A stretch of 64,000 nucleotides of DNA from Sminthopsis crassicaudata (Eukaryota): assembly GCF_048593235.1 (NCBI RefSeq), contig NC_133623.1, positions 33,782,211-33,846,210 of the forward strand. The letters run 5' to 3'. The first letter of the stretch is position 1; every line of letters starts with the position of its first letter. The notes below the pieces were generated by a model. The model saw nothing but the letters and a program-made list of their open reading frames with translations, was not told the origin of the DNA and did not search any database. The position numbers were made by a program, and so were the translations under genes. Below, in pieces: positions 12,040-24,620 of this stretch.

Positions 12040-12660
12040 TGAGAAAACCTATTACAACAACAACAAAAAAGTTTCCATAAGGCACCCCAAAATTCATACC
12101 AGTTTGTTGTTGTTGTTGTTGTAGCAAAGAATTGGAAACAAAGCAGATGCCCATTGAGTGGGGGCTGGCTAAACAAAATGTAGGATGTGAGTGCAGTGGA
12201 ATAGTTCTGCAATATGAGCATGAAAAATTCAGAAATTCGCTGGAAGACTTTTATGAGGAATATAAGCAGAACCAGGAAAACAATACACACGACTAAGACA
12301 ACGATGTATAAAGAACAGCCACCACAACAGGATGAAATGGAATGTTATATAATTATAATGACCAAGTTTGGCCCCAAAAGAGAGATATGAAAATGTTCCT
12401 CCCTCTTTTCTTTGCAGGTACAATAAGCATGAAACCTTGTACACATCCAATGAATGGTTCAGAGGATGCATTGGTTGAGTCAACTGATCCATCTTTTTCT
12501 TCTTTCTGCTTTTTCCTTTCTTTCTCCCCTGACCCCCAGTAACAGCTCTTGGGATGAGGGAGGCAACAAAATATATTGAGAAATTAGAGGTATGCAAAAA
12601 TTAAGGCATAAATAAAAAATAAACATTGTAAAACTTAAAATGAAAAGAAATAAAGACATC
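12040..12660 (+). mobile_element. Old LINE-1 3' end
   Basis: GTAGCAAAGAATTGGAAACAAAGCAGATGCCCATTGAGTGGGGGCTGGCTAAACAAAATG, a degenerate ORF2 C-terminus, then 3'UTR and A-rich tail. Confidence 0.8.
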
Positions 12661-13039
12661 TTGGAAATCAATTGCCAATATATGTCAAAGAGAGGAATAT
12701 TCCAAAAGAGTCGGAAATATGACAGATGGTATTATTTACCACAAAATGGGAACTGAGAAAACATAGGCAACTGCCAAACAGAATGATTATTTTCTCTCCC
12801 AAATATTCGGTGTATCTGTGATCTCATCAGCCTCTATATCATGCCTTCTGTTCTTTGATCATCACCCTCATTTCCCTCCCACTAGGGTCGTGGAATCTGC
12901 CCTTGGGGCCCCCAACATTGGCGGTAGTTGACTAAAAGTGTCACATGGTTAGTTCTGTGCACAAAAAAAATTCCTCTGGCAGCAATGTGAACTAGAATGG
13001 TGAAAGACTTGAAGAATTAAGCCCCATTAGAAAACCCAT

Positions 13040-13700
13040 GAAAGTAATAAGGACCTATATTAAGGTGGCAGCAATGTAAGTGGAGAGAAGGGATAGGAAC
13101 CCAGAGATAGTATAAAGGTAGAAACAGCACGATTTTGCAAATGATTAGATACATAGGGTGACAGATGTTGTTGTTTGTCCTTCATTCTCAAAGATGACCT
13201 TTGAGACATCAGGGAGGTGATGCCATGACATGCAAGTGAATTGGTTTGATTTCGGGAAGATTGTGCAATGCCACCAGCCTCACTTTTCCCTTCTGGATCC
13301 ATCTGGGTCCAGTGGCAGGGTGATGCATTAGTGAAGTATCCAAAATAATACCGTAATTAAAAAACCTGGAAAATTGGATGGATTGTCAGATCTTTGAAAG
13401 AATTAGGGAAACTTAGAAGAAAGGTACATTTAGAGGGAAAGATAAGGAATTCAGGTTTAGATTTGTTCCGTTTAAGTTATCTCTAGGACATTCAGTATGG
13501 TATTTCCAATATACATTTGTTGAAGCAGGACCAAGGATCAAGGGAAAGAAAGGGTCTCAATATATAGATCTGGGAACCATCTTCAAAGAAAAGAAGGAAG
13601 TGGTGAAAGACATGGGAATTACTGAGATTATCAAGAGGAAGAGTTTAGAAAGAAAAGAGAAGGTCTAAGAAAACTTGATGAACATAAACAGATGAGAAGA
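13040..13700 (-). mobile_element. L2 LINE fragment interrupted by a SINE
   Basis: Purine-rich antisense L2 signature (GAGGGAAAGATAAGGAATTCAGGTTTAGA...ATAGATCTGGGAACCATC). Confidence 0.7.
13160..13320 (+). mobile_element. RTE-head-derived marsupial SINE (WALLSI-like)
   Basis: GTTGTTGTTTGTCCTTCATTCTCAAAGATGACC...CAGGGAGGTGATGCCATGACATGCAAGTGAATTGG...ATCTGGGTCCAGTGGC. Confidence 0.8.
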
Positions 13701-13707
13701 CATGAAT

Positions 13708-13837
13708 CAAGAGTGATCAAACTATGTCCTGTGGGCCATCTGTGGCCCACTCCTTGTTTTCATAGTCTGGGAGCAGGTTGTACAAAGACGGGCAGAAGGC
13801 TGGATTTGGCCCTTGAGCTGTAGCTTGCTGAGCCCTG
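13708..13837. mobile_element. hAT-Charlie non-autonomous DNA transposon (MER58-like)
   Basis: Degenerate terminal inverted repeats CAAGAGTGATCAAACTATGTCCTGTGGGCC ... GGATTTGGCCCTTGAGCTGTAGCTTGCTGAGCCCTG. Confidence 0.7.
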
Positions 13838-13954
13838 AATTAACGATGATGAATCAGCAGAGAAGAGAGAAAGATTTAGTCTTTCTCAGAAAGTACACAA
13901 GCTAGGAGAACACAATATCATGAAAACTCAGAGTAAAAAACAGAGTATTAATAG

Positions 13955-14207
13955 CTAATACAATAGCTACTATTTTATAGTGCTTTCATGTTTGCAAAGC
14001 ACTTTCAAATATTATCTCAAATGAGATCCTCAATAATAACCCTGTTAGGTAGATGCTATTATTATCCTCATTTTACAGATGAGGAAATGGAGGCAGTCAA
14101 AGGTGAATGCCCATATTCACACAGCTACTAACTGTCCAAGCCCTACATTCAAAATCAAGTCTTCCTGGTTCCAGTTCAGGCATTCAATTCACTGTGCCAC
14201 CCAGCTG
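13955..14207 (-). mobile_element. MIR SINE, near full length
   Basis: TTATTATCCTCATTTTACAGATGAGGAAATGGAGGC...CACACAGCTA...CACTGTGCCACCCAGCTG. Confidence 0.9.
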
Positions 14208-14494
14208 AATGACAAATGCAGCAGAGGTCAGAAAGATTAAGAATTAGAAAGGAAAGAAAAAAACTAATCAGATTTGACCATTTAAAAAGCCTTACTAATT
14301 ATGCTGCCACATGGGCAAAAATGGTTCCATGTGTTAAGTAATAGATCCAAGATAAATACTTAAGCATGTTTAAACTAACAAAGTGAAAAGATTGTATTCT
14401 CACCAATTCTCACCAACTTAGCTCTCAAGAAGAGGAGGGCATTTATCCACCAACACGTAGAGAGTCTTATACCAATGGGTTTAAGACAGGGGTT

Positions 14495-14990
14495 AGTTGT
14501 TCAGGGAGGACCAGTTCCTCTGGGTGAGAGGGCTTGTCAAGCTCTTTCAGAGTTGCTCAGCCACCTTTGGTGCCCACCTGTCACCCACTTTTCACCTGTG
14601 GCTCTAAGATATGTGCAGCAGCAACACCCCAATAAAAACTATCATGGTAGATGAGTGAAACCAGGTTGAGAATAGCCAAAAGGCCTCATATCCATCTGTG
14701 AGTTAAAGGACTGTCTACCCGAACATGTTAAGACTTTTCCTGGTAGAAAGCGTGGATGGGAACAATTTTGTTCCAACTGCCAGAAAGGAGACTGGAGTAG
14801 GCACCGTGGAACACTTAGAGCTTGATCAGACGTTGAAAACACATCATATCCTAGACCTTTGCCAGATGTCTTGATATCTGTCTTGCCACTGGACTTCAGA
14901 GACTCAGGAACAGTGAGGTTGATGACTCTGCACAACTTTGCCTCATTTAAATCCAATTCACATCCAAGTCAAAACATGACTCATCACCCA
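14495..14990 (-). mobile_element. RTE 5'-head-derived element
   Basis: Minus strand reads GACTTGGATGTGAATTGGATTTAAATGAGGC...GTCCAGTGGCAAGAC...TGGAACAAAATTGTTCCCATCC...GGTCCTCCCTGAAC; accounts for track ORF 14642-14956. Confidence 0.75.
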
Positions 14991-14991
14991 C

Positions 14992-15194
14992 GACTTCATC
15001 TACCTTAAAGTCCTGCAGTAATAAGCAAATAACAAATCAGCAGGTATAGACACACTGGCAGCTGTAGTCACAACTCTGCTCACAGGTGGCCAAGAACATA
15101 GGGTAATTTTCTCACTGGATTTAAGCAGTGGTGGGATCTGGTAGCCCCTTGGGTACCTGAACAAACTTATTAAGAACAGCACTACTCTCTTCCT
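14992..15194 (-). mobile_element. Inverted RTE 5' leader segment
   Basis: Minus strand CCCAAGGGGC...CCACCTGTGAGCAGAGTTGTGACTACAGCTGCCAGTG...CAGGACTTTAAGGTAG resembles the marsupial RTE leader as I recall it. Confidence 0.6.
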
Positions 15195-15272
15195 GGTAGA
15201 ATGAAAAATGTACCCTAAAAATTATTTGCTTCATCCAAAACATGGCCTGTTTACATGCAGCGGGTATGGTTG

Positions 15273-15314
<42 letters not shown>

Positions 15315-15588
15315 ACAATTGTAAAGGTGACTTTGTTGGTACATGAAATGTGCACATACTTATGGATAACATGAAATCTAGTTGACCGAGCAGATTAGCA
15401 GCCCTTGTCTTGAGAGAACTCAGTGGGTATCATATTCATTTAGCAGGCCCTGAGTGAAACAAGGCTGGCAAACAAAAGGCCAACTTACTGAAGTTGGAGT
15501 TGGATACATATTTTTCTGGAGTGGACACTATGATTAAGAGTGCCATGAAGGAAGTATACAATAAGGTACACAATCAGATCAAATCCAA
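15195..15588 (+). mobile_element. RTE LINE, part 1 (leader and APE endonuclease N-terminus)
   Basis: GTTGGTACATGAAATGTG (GTWNV-like), GCCCTGAGTGAAACAAGGCTGGCA (ALSETRLA), GAAGTTGGAGTTGGATACATATTTTTCTGGAGTGGA (EVGVGYIFFWSG). Confidence 0.9.
15275..15317. repeat. (AC)n microsatellite inside the RTE leader
   Basis: Seen directly. Confidence 0.97.
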
Positions 15589-17865
15589 TTTTTTTAATTA
15601 AAGTTTTTTTTTTCTATTTTCAAAACATGCATAGATAGTTTTCAACACTCACTCTTGTAAACCTTTGTTTCAAAATTTTTCTCTCCTTTCCTCCCCATCC
15701 CCTCTCCTAGATAGCAAGTAATCCAATATGTGTTAAACATGTTCAATTCTTTGATACCTATTTCTATGATTATCATGCTGCACAAGAAAAACCAGATCAA
15801 AGTGGGAAAAATGAGAAACAAAACAAAATCCAAGCAAACAATAACAAAAAGTGAAAATACTATGTTGTGATCTACAATCAGTTCCTGCAGTTGTAGTGTG
15901 CTTTTTAGAAACCCCAAGTTGGGGTGACAAAATGTACTGTCTGGATTAGCTCTCTGGAGGACCTTGGGACCAGCCTGAGTTCTTGGTCTTTGTGGAGGAA
16001 TGATGAAGGCAGGAGACTCACAAGGATGGTCAAAGATGGAGTCCGTTCATTTTAAGTCCTCTCAGCCCTTAAATACCTTAGTATGATTACAACACTACAG
16101 TACACGGAGCATGTGCCAATTGTAGAACCATTATATCATCATATCACATATCACACTGAGCAAGTGCTAATTATAAACACCCTGCTATTGATATTTAAAT
16201 GCCTCTTACTGTAAGTATCCCTTGCTTCAAGTAAAACACAGGTGATCATGCTCTCCCTGACTTCTCAGGGAGAAGCCTTGGGGGATTCGGGGGCCAAACC
16301 AGACATTGTCAGCAGGTTCCCTCTGGGCTGAAGGGTCTTATACTTTACCCAGAGCTCTCCCACTATCTGTGGCCCTCTACACACAGTTCTCTCTATGGGG
16401 GCAGATGGTCATGAGAATTGGCTTGAATCATCTCGCTATTGAAAAGAGCCATGTCTATTAGAACTGATCACTGTATAATCTTGCTGTTGCAGTAAACAAG
16501 GTTCTCCTGATTCTACTCACTTCACTCAATATCAGTTTGTATAAGTCTCTCTGGGCCTTTCTGAAATCACCCTGCTGATCGTTTCTTATAGAGCAATAAT
16601 ATTCCATCATTCAGCCATTCTCCAACTGATGGACATCCACTCTGTTTCCAGGTTTGTGCCCCTACAAAAAGGGTTCCTACAAACATTTTTGCACATGTGG
16701 ACCCTGTTTCCTTTTTTATGATTTCTTTGGAATACAGGCCCAAAAGAGACACTGCTGGATCAAAGGGTATGTATAGTTTGGTAGCCCTTTGGGCATAGTT
16801 CCATATTGCTCTCCAGAATAGTTGGATCAGTGTACAACGGCACCAACAATGTACTAGTGTCCCAGTTTTCCCATATCCCCTCCAACATTTATCATTATCT
16901 TTTTCTGTCATCTTAGCCAATTTGAGAGGTATGTAGTGGTACCTTAGAGAGGTCTTCATTTGCATTTCTCTGATCAATAGTGAGAACATTTTTTCATTCA
17001 ACTAGAATTGGTTTTGATTTCTTCATCCAAAAATTGTCTGTTCACATCCTTTGACCATTTTTCAATTGGATAATGGCTTGTATCCTTATAAATTTGAGTC
17101 AATTCTCTATATATTTTAGAAATGGATATAAACCTTGGATATAAAACATTTTCCCCAGTTTACTGCTTCCCTTCTAATCTTGTCTGCATTGCTTTTGTTT
17201 GTACAAAACCTTAAGTTAATATTAAGTTAAACTTGATATAATCAAAATTATCCATTGTGCATTTCATAATGTACTCTAGTTCTTCTTTGGCCACAAATTC
17301 CTTCCTTCTGAGATCTGAGAGATAAACTATCTTTGTTCTTCTACTTTGCCTATAGTATCACTCTTTTTATGTCTAAATAAGGAACTCGTTTCAACTATAT
17401 CTTGATATAGGGTGTTAGATGTGGGCCAATACTAGTTTCTGCCATACAAATTTCCAATTTTCCCAAGAATTTTTGTCTAATTGTGACTTCTTATCCCAGA
17501 AGCTGAGGTCTTTGGTTTTATCAAACACTAGGTTACTACAGTCATTGACTATTATGTCTTGTGACCCTAACCTATTCCACTACTCTATTTCTTAGCCAGT
17601 ATCAAATGATTTCGATGACTGTTGCTTTATAATATAATTTTAGGTCTGGTACAATTAGACCGCCTTTATTTGAATTTTCTCATTACTTCTCTTGAAGTTA
17701 TTGACATTTCGTTCTTCTAGATGAAATTTATTATTATTTTGTAAAATAATTTCTCGAAGTTTGGTAGGTATGGCACTGAAAAAGTAGATTATTTTAGGTT
17801 GAATTTTCATTATTATTATATTAACTTGCCCTATCCACAATCTTCCAACTGCTTAGATCTGACTT
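15589..17865 (-). mobile_element. 5'-truncated LINE-1 inserted in the RTE and interrupted by an LTR at 15892-16381
   Basis: Poly(T) at 15589; track ORF 16567-17001 is the ORF2p C-terminus; imperfect TSD CAGATCAAATCCAA (15575-15588) / CAGGTCCAAATCCAA (17866-17880). Confidence 0.93.
15892..16381. mobile_element. Solo LTR of an endogenous retrovirus (490 bp), probably on the minus strand
   Basis: Terminal inverted ends TGTAG...CTACA; splits collinear L1 sequence; 6-bp flanks TGCAGT / CACAGT. Confidence 0.85.
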
Positions 17866-19035
17866 CAGGTCCAAATCCAAGACTGCATACCTCCTAAAAA
17901 GATTGAACAGGCTGAAGACAATGTAATTGACACTTGCAATAAAGTGCAACCACCATCAGTCCATATGTCTCTACCATGATGAAGTCAAATAAAAATTCAT
18001 TGGAGACTTAGAGATCCTCATCATCAGTGGGCCAGAGAACAAGTTTATAATTCTGGGTGACTTTAATATCAAAGCAGGTAAAGACTATGAGACATGGCAG
18101 TGAGTCACTGGGAGGAATGGAATTGGAAAGAGCAACAGCAATGGTCACTTACTATTGAAGACTTCTGTACCTTGTGACTTACTCATCACCAATAATGCTT
18201 TCAGTCTATTAACCCCAAAGAAACATTGTAGATTCATTCTTTTAGCGAGCACTGACATTTAATAGACTATATTATTGACAAGAGAAGAGTGTGACAAGAT
18301 ATGAAAGTGATGAAGGCAACATGTGGTACACAGTGTTGGACCAATCACAGACTTATGCTTTCCATGCTAAACATTCACATTCAACAAAAGTGACAGCCTC
18401 AAGGCAAGATGACTGTCAGGAATCTTAATGTCAAGATGCTAGAGAGTTTCTCCATGTGTGAACATTTTATTGCTGATCTGGAGGGGAAAGCTGAGTTAGC
18501 ACACAGTCAGCAACAAGGGAGCAGAAGAGAAGTGAGCAGCTTTCAGAGACTTGGTGTAAAGCACTGCATTTGCCCATCTGTTCTAGAACCCGTGTAAACA
18601 CCAGGACTGGTTCAACAGAAATAATGGGGAAATTCAGAAGCTGCTAAATGAGAAATGAACTCTAAAGGATTTGTCAGCAGGATAGCTTGTCAGGTCTCCA
18701 CGATCAAAAGCAAAGTGCAAGTAAATTTTAGAGAGATGAAGGATTCTTGGCTCAGCAAAAATGTAGATGAGATTCAGTTTTATGCTGACAGCAACAATCC
18801 AAAGCACTTTTATGATGCCCTGAAGTCTATTTATGGGCCAAAGACTTCTGGAGCATCTCAACTACTACCCCTGATGAAGCAAAGCTGATCAGAAATAAGG
18901 ACATGATCCTGGAGATATGGGCTGAAATCTTGCATGGTGGTTTTAACAGACCATAATCAACCACTACAAAGCCATTAATTGTATGCCTCAGGTTGTCATC
19001 AGTTCCTCTCTAGCCAAACTTCCAACTGAAGAAGA
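17866..19035 (+). mobile_element. RTE LINE, part 2 (rest of endonuclease and linker, 3'-truncated before the RT)
   Basis: ATAATTCTGGGTGACTTTAAT (IILGDFN); track ORF 18655-18888 WLSKNVDEIQFYADSNNPKHFYDALKSIYGPK. Confidence 0.93.
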
Positions 19036-19039
19036 GCCC

Positions 19040-19180
19040 TGGATTTCCAGTAGACTGTAAATTCCTTGAAGGCAAAAACTATTTTCTTTCTTGTACACCC
19101 ATAGTATACCCATTACCTAGCACAGTGTCTGGCACATAGTAAGCATTTAATAAAGATTTGCTGAATTCGATTCAATTCAA
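19040..19180 (+). mobile_element. L2 3' tail
   Basis: TAGACTGTAAATTCCTTGAAGGCAAAAACT...CCTAGCACAGTGTCTGGCACATAGTAAGCATTTAATAAA. Confidence 0.85.
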
Positions 19181-19284
19181 TTTACAATCCAACTGGAATT
19201 CTACTTGCTAGATGTAGCCTGCTTTGACTACTGTGGCCTTTAGAGACTATTTCATCTTCGAATTTCCTGAAGCATTCATCACCT

Positions 19285-19470
19285 ATGAAGTACAGCAGTA
19301 TAGAAACAGAGGCTCTGCTTTCAAATCCTGGATCTGCCACTTACTGTCTGCATAATAACGTGCAAATGTGATAACCTTTTTGAGGTTCAGTTTTCCCATC
19401 TCTAAATGAGGGGGTTGGATTAGATGACCTCTGGGATTTCTTTTAGCTTTAAGCTTTTGATCCTATGATA
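19285..19470 (+). mobile_element. MIR3-type SINE
   Basis: TTCAAATCCTGGATCTGCCACTTACT and CAGTTTTCCCATCTCTAAATGAGGGGGTTGGATTAGATGACCTCTG. Confidence 0.8.
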
Positions 19471-20053
19471 ATTTGGTACTTAGATACGCTGTTTACTCAA
19501 TTAGAATATCATCTCCTAGAGGGCAGAGACCTCAAGGCCTTTGTACAAAGTAGACACTCAAGAAATGTTAGTGACAGTTAATAGGAAATCTATTTCGTGT
19601 GACTTAGGGTGTATAATGGTTATTAGATTGCCTTTTCAATGAGTGGGGGGAGAGATTTCAGGGAGGGAGAGAATTTGAAACTCAAAATTTTAAAAGTGAA
19701 TGTTTAAAAATAAATAACCATAATTAAAAACTTATTAAATGGAATTAAATTCTTGCCATCCTCAGGGGCCTAGAACAGTGCTCTACATAGAGGAGGAAAC
19801 TGATAAACTCTGGGTATCAATGGCATGCTTCAGTCAATTTGCATGACTCATCATTGTCCTCCAGTATTGTCACCTTCCCTATATCCCTACCTTAGCCCAT
19901 GCAATTCTCTTTGCTTTAGAATGTTTTCTCTAAAAAATCTCTGTGTACCCATTCTTCAAGGCTCAGTTTGCAGGCTACCTCTTCTCTCTTCTTTTGAAGG
20001 ATCATCCCAGTCCAAGGAGATATTTCCCTTTGCCAAATTTTCTAATGCACTTT

Positions 20054-20057
<4 letters not shown>

Positions 20058-20131
<74 letters not shown>
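20058..20131. repeat. (CT)n microsatellite, about 37 units
   Basis: Seen directly; produces the SL- and RE-repeat pseudo-ORFs. Confidence 0.99.
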
Positions 20132-20134
<3 letters not shown>

Positions 20135-22931
20135 CCACTTATTATCTGAGATAAACTGGAACTAGTTATTTGGGGTATATGTCTTCTCTTTTCAAAAGAT
20201 ACTGTCATATCCTCGATGGAAAGAAATATATCCTGTATGGCCTCCAGGCTTGGCATTTAAAAGCCCTTCACAGGCTAGCTCCTATTTATCTTTTCAAGGC
20301 AGTTTCGTATAACTTGCATTCAGTTACTCAACAAACATTATATTAAACTCTGTGTCAAGTATTGTGCTAAGTGTTTGGAATACACAGGAAGACAAAAACA
20401 TTGTCCCTGCCCACAAGGAGCCAACACAGAATGAGGGGGAAAATGCATCAATAATTTGATATATAGCACACACACATATACATATCAACACATACAGAAT
20501 AATTGAAGGGAATCTAAAAGGGGAAGACATTAGTAGGTACAAAAGCCCTTCTGTACATCTTCCTCTTCACATATTCTACAGCCTCCTTGCTTTCCCCTGG
20601 GCTTGACATTCCATCTTTTGACTTTTCCTTGTCTGTTCCCAGGCTGTTGTGTTTGTAAAGAATGCTCTCCTTCTTCATTATCATCTTTCTCTTGGAATAT
20701 TGAGTGCGCTTCTTGGCTAAGCTCCCATGAAACCTCCCATATGAGATCCCTCCTGCTTCCTCCCAGTTGTTAGCCCTCTCCCCCACAATCCAAATAACTG
20801 CATATACATTCTTTCTGTCTTATCTGCCTTACTGTTGCCTGCCTTTAGTAGACAATAAGAATCTGCAGGCCCGGGACTCTCAATTGGACATTTTTGTATC
20901 CCACTATTCGTACAAGGCCTAACAGATAGTCTTTAAGACATGTTGATTAAAGTGATAAAGTTCTCTGCTCCTCCCGCCTCATCCTGCGCTGCCTATCACA
21001 ATTCCTCGCACATAGCAGACACTTTGAAAATTTCTGAGGAACCAAGGACAACTGTATTGTTTATGTCAAAAGAAATACCAGTTGAAGTAGGGAATTCAAA
21101 AAAAAAAGTAAGAGATCATTGACCATGGGTCATGCTGTTCATAATTTTAATGTTTTTATTTTTCCAGCCAAATATTAATTATCTAAAGCCTGTCATGCTG
21201 TTCCTTGATGACTTTTAAACCTGTACCCCCATGAATTACAAGATTGCTTACAATTTTACAAGTCTCCAAGTAGTCCCTAATTAAACATCAAGCTACTGAA
21301 TTTACACAGCCTGTCAACTGGCAGCTCTCTGCCAATCTTTTAGACTTGGGCTCTTCTGAACAAAGCAGCCCCAAATCTGACCAATTCAAGATGGAAAATA
21401 TGCAGCAGTCCAGTATCTGTCACCCTATTAACAACTTGCAGCTTGGAAGACAGGCTGGTTTGGTAAAGGAGACCGAGTCAGCAAGCCCTCAATTGAATCA
21501 ATAGACTGATTAGTCAGCTCTATGGATTCCAAAAAGCTTCAAGAGAGCTTACTTCCAACTTTATGACATATGTCTTTGGCTCTCAAGAGACCTGCATCAG
21601 AGAAAATCGAGAGAGAGGCAAAACTGAGTTATTTTGATCCATTTCTCTAGTAATGAAAGAGGAGAGAGAGAGAACCTTCAAACTGTTTGAAATAGAGCTG
21701 TTCAACGCCTTTTTTGGAGGCTCAGCAACTGAAAATTCATTTTGACAGTGAAAGATGACTCGAAGCAGCCATCAAATAGAGCTGACTGCTTAACTAGAAT
21801 CTCTACATTAGGCACACGGCACTCTATGGAGTTTCATAGGGAAATCTAGATCATGTTGCCTTAAAATACATAGCAGTCCTATTTTTCAGGAGGGTTTCAA
21901 AAGCACTCATGACCACATCACCAGCATCCAAATCCCTCTGAATATCTTTCGGGAGTATTTATCTCTAACATCACTTCTGAGGGAGAATCCCCCAAATAAA
22001 GTCATTCCAAAGAATGGGTTCCCTTACTTCAAAGGGGACCAGAATCTGTAAGTTTGAAGAAGGCTCTGTTGCTTCATCTAGTCCTTTCCCTGGAAAGAAA
22101 CCTTTTCTATACTATGACATCCAGTACAAGGAGGGTGCTCCGCTACTAGAATTTGAATGCAATTTCTTCTGACTTTAATTCTAGCATCTTAGTCCTTGAT
22201 ACTCACTGCCTCTAATTTGGACTAATTGGGGAGGGAAGAATGGCTTCTATCTGGGTGGAAGGCAGATTTGTGGGAGCAAACAGCTTCCATCATCAAAGTA
22301 CTATTTGCATTAATTGATCTCTCTGCACCCCAATTTTCCTACCTCTGACTAGAAACTGGCTATGACTTCCACCTGTTGTTTGTTTTCTCCCTGGTCCATG
22401 TCACATTCTCCATTATTTCTCCCAGCTCAAGAGCTTCAAGTGCCTCCTTATTGCCACTAAGAGAAAATATAACCTCTTCTATCTGTTTCTTCACACTCTG
22501 ACTCTGGCTTCCATTTCCAGGCTAATTTCCAATGATTATCTTTCATGTCCTCCATGCTCCAATTAATTTGGCCTATTTGCTTGCTATTCCCCAAAATGAC
22601 ACAGCATCATAACTAGAAAGGATCTCAGAAGCCATCAAATTCAGCATTCTCATTTTGTGCAGATGAGAAAGCTGAAGGCACAGAAAGGCTAAGCAGGAAC
22701 ACAGTTAACAAGTATGTGAAAGTGAATTGGGCTCAGTACCCTTTCTACTCCACCACATCCTCCATATCTTCACTTTTGCAGTCTATTCCTCTAGAACACT
22801 TTTCCTCCTTGCCTTCACTTAGACTTCTTCCAAATTCAACAGAAATGTCACCTTCTACTGATAGGCACACCTCACTTGGTCCCTCTTGTTGCCAATATTC
22901 TCCCCACAGCAATAGAATTGTCGTGGTTCTT

Positions 22932-23180
22932 GTTTTTTAGTTGTTTCAGTCATATCCAACTCTTCATGACTCCATTTGGGATTTTCTTGGCAGAGATCCT
23001 GGAGGAGTTTGCCATTTCTTTCTCTAGTTCATTTGACAGACGAGGAAACTGACTCGAACAGGGTGAAGTGACTTGTCTAGGGTCACCCAGCTAGTAACTG
23101 GGCCAGATGTGAATTCAGGAACAGGAGTCTCTTTGACTCTAGGCCTGGCACTCTATCCATTGCAGTACCACCTAGCTGCC
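22932..23180 (-). mobile_element. MAR1-type marsupial SINE
   Basis: GTTTCAGTCATATCCAACTCTTCATGACTCCATTTGGGATTTTCTTGGCAGAG...GTGACTTGTCTAGGGTCACCCAGCTAGTAA...CCACCTAGCTGCC. Confidence 0.9.
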
Positions 23181-23939
23181 TAATGACTTAAAACTATTTG
23201 TTAAAGACTTGGCATTTAACATTCCAGCTACATGGCTAAAAATTTCAAATGCAGAGAATGCTTCATTTTGTATGTCCAGTTTCTCGCCCAGAGTGGCCCT
23301 TATTAAATGCTGGTTAAATGAGTGTAGATGGAGCGAGGGGTATGAGGTACAGCCAAGCAGCTGTTTAAGGCCAAATAGTGAAGGACCTTGAAGGTCAAGA
23401 TGAGAGGTTACTAGGTAATATGGGAAACCCTTGAGGATTTATCTGTAGGGGAGTGGAGGATTCTTTAGTAACCCTGAGATCAATGGGCTGGTATTGACTG
23501 AAGGAAGATTCTTGTTTAACTCCTCTAGACAAATATTATTGTGGCTATGTAGCCTCTCTATCCCACTTGTCTAATGACATTTCTACCACAGTGATGTGGC
23601 GTATATGTCCCCTTAACATTGATTCTCTACTATTCAGAGATAAACCTCTAGCTAGGGAAAGCCTTGTTATGGCCAGGAGTCAGTGCCACACCCACAGACA
23701 CAAAGACAAGTCATACAGACAAGTGCTATGTGGAAGAGTACTTGCTCAGAAAAGACCAACTCCAGTCTCATCTCTATTTAAATGATAAAAAAAATAAGTT
23801 AATCAAATCCAGCTTAACAAAAAGTTATTATAATTTTTTACTGAATTAAAATGAAAAGGAGACTTGGTTTTTCTTCTTCTCATAAATAGGCTGTCATAGA
23901 GATTGTTGCTTTTTTGGTGTCACTTTTTAATATATTTCT

Positions 23940-24620
23940 CTATAAAAGATTCTCACATCTGTTACTACAGTCTCTTCAGAGCTCCAGACTCCCATTTCTA
24001 ACTGTCCACCTCCCTGCATAGTAGCACTACCTGGATGTCTACCACTATCTCAAATTAATTTTTTGGACTACTGAAATACACACTCAATTGGTATTTCCTT
24101 TTTCAGTCTCTCCACAGTCTAATCTCTTCATAAGCCAAACTAATCTTCCTAATACACATGTTCAGTCACATCACTCCACTACTTTTAAAAACTCTTTAAT
24201 GACTCACTATTCCCAGCCAAGCAATTCCAAATGTCTTACCTCCATAATCTGGCCCTAATTTCAATCTTCTCTCTTAATGACCCTCATCATGCATATTGAC
24301 TGTTCCCCAAACACATTCTGTACTTTTCATTCTCTGTTCTTTTGATGATGATTCCTTATATCTGGAATATGTCCCCTAATGTCACCTTCACCATAAAGCC
24401 TTCCCTGATCATCCCAGTAAGAAATATCTCTGTTCTCCGAAATCTTGAAGTATTTAAAAATATATTTCATGTAGTATCACTTCCTATCTTTTGTTACAGT
24501 TATTTGTGAATAGGATATATAGACTTATTGAGGGTGAGACTGGGTGAGCTTCTTCCTCTTTTTATCCTGTTCAGTACCTAGCACAGAGTCTTGTATATGT
24601 ATAATAGCTTCTCAGTAAAT
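23940..24620 (+). mobile_element. L2 LINE fragment
   Basis: CTCTTCAGAGCTCCAGACTCCCATTTCTAACTG...CAGTACCTAGCACAGAG. Confidence 0.7.

Noticed and set aside
19825-20256. ORFs with SL or RE repeats
   Set aside because: Read-through of the (CT)n microsatellite; the same applies to the HT and CV repeat ORFs at 9.7, 15.1 and 48.2 kb.
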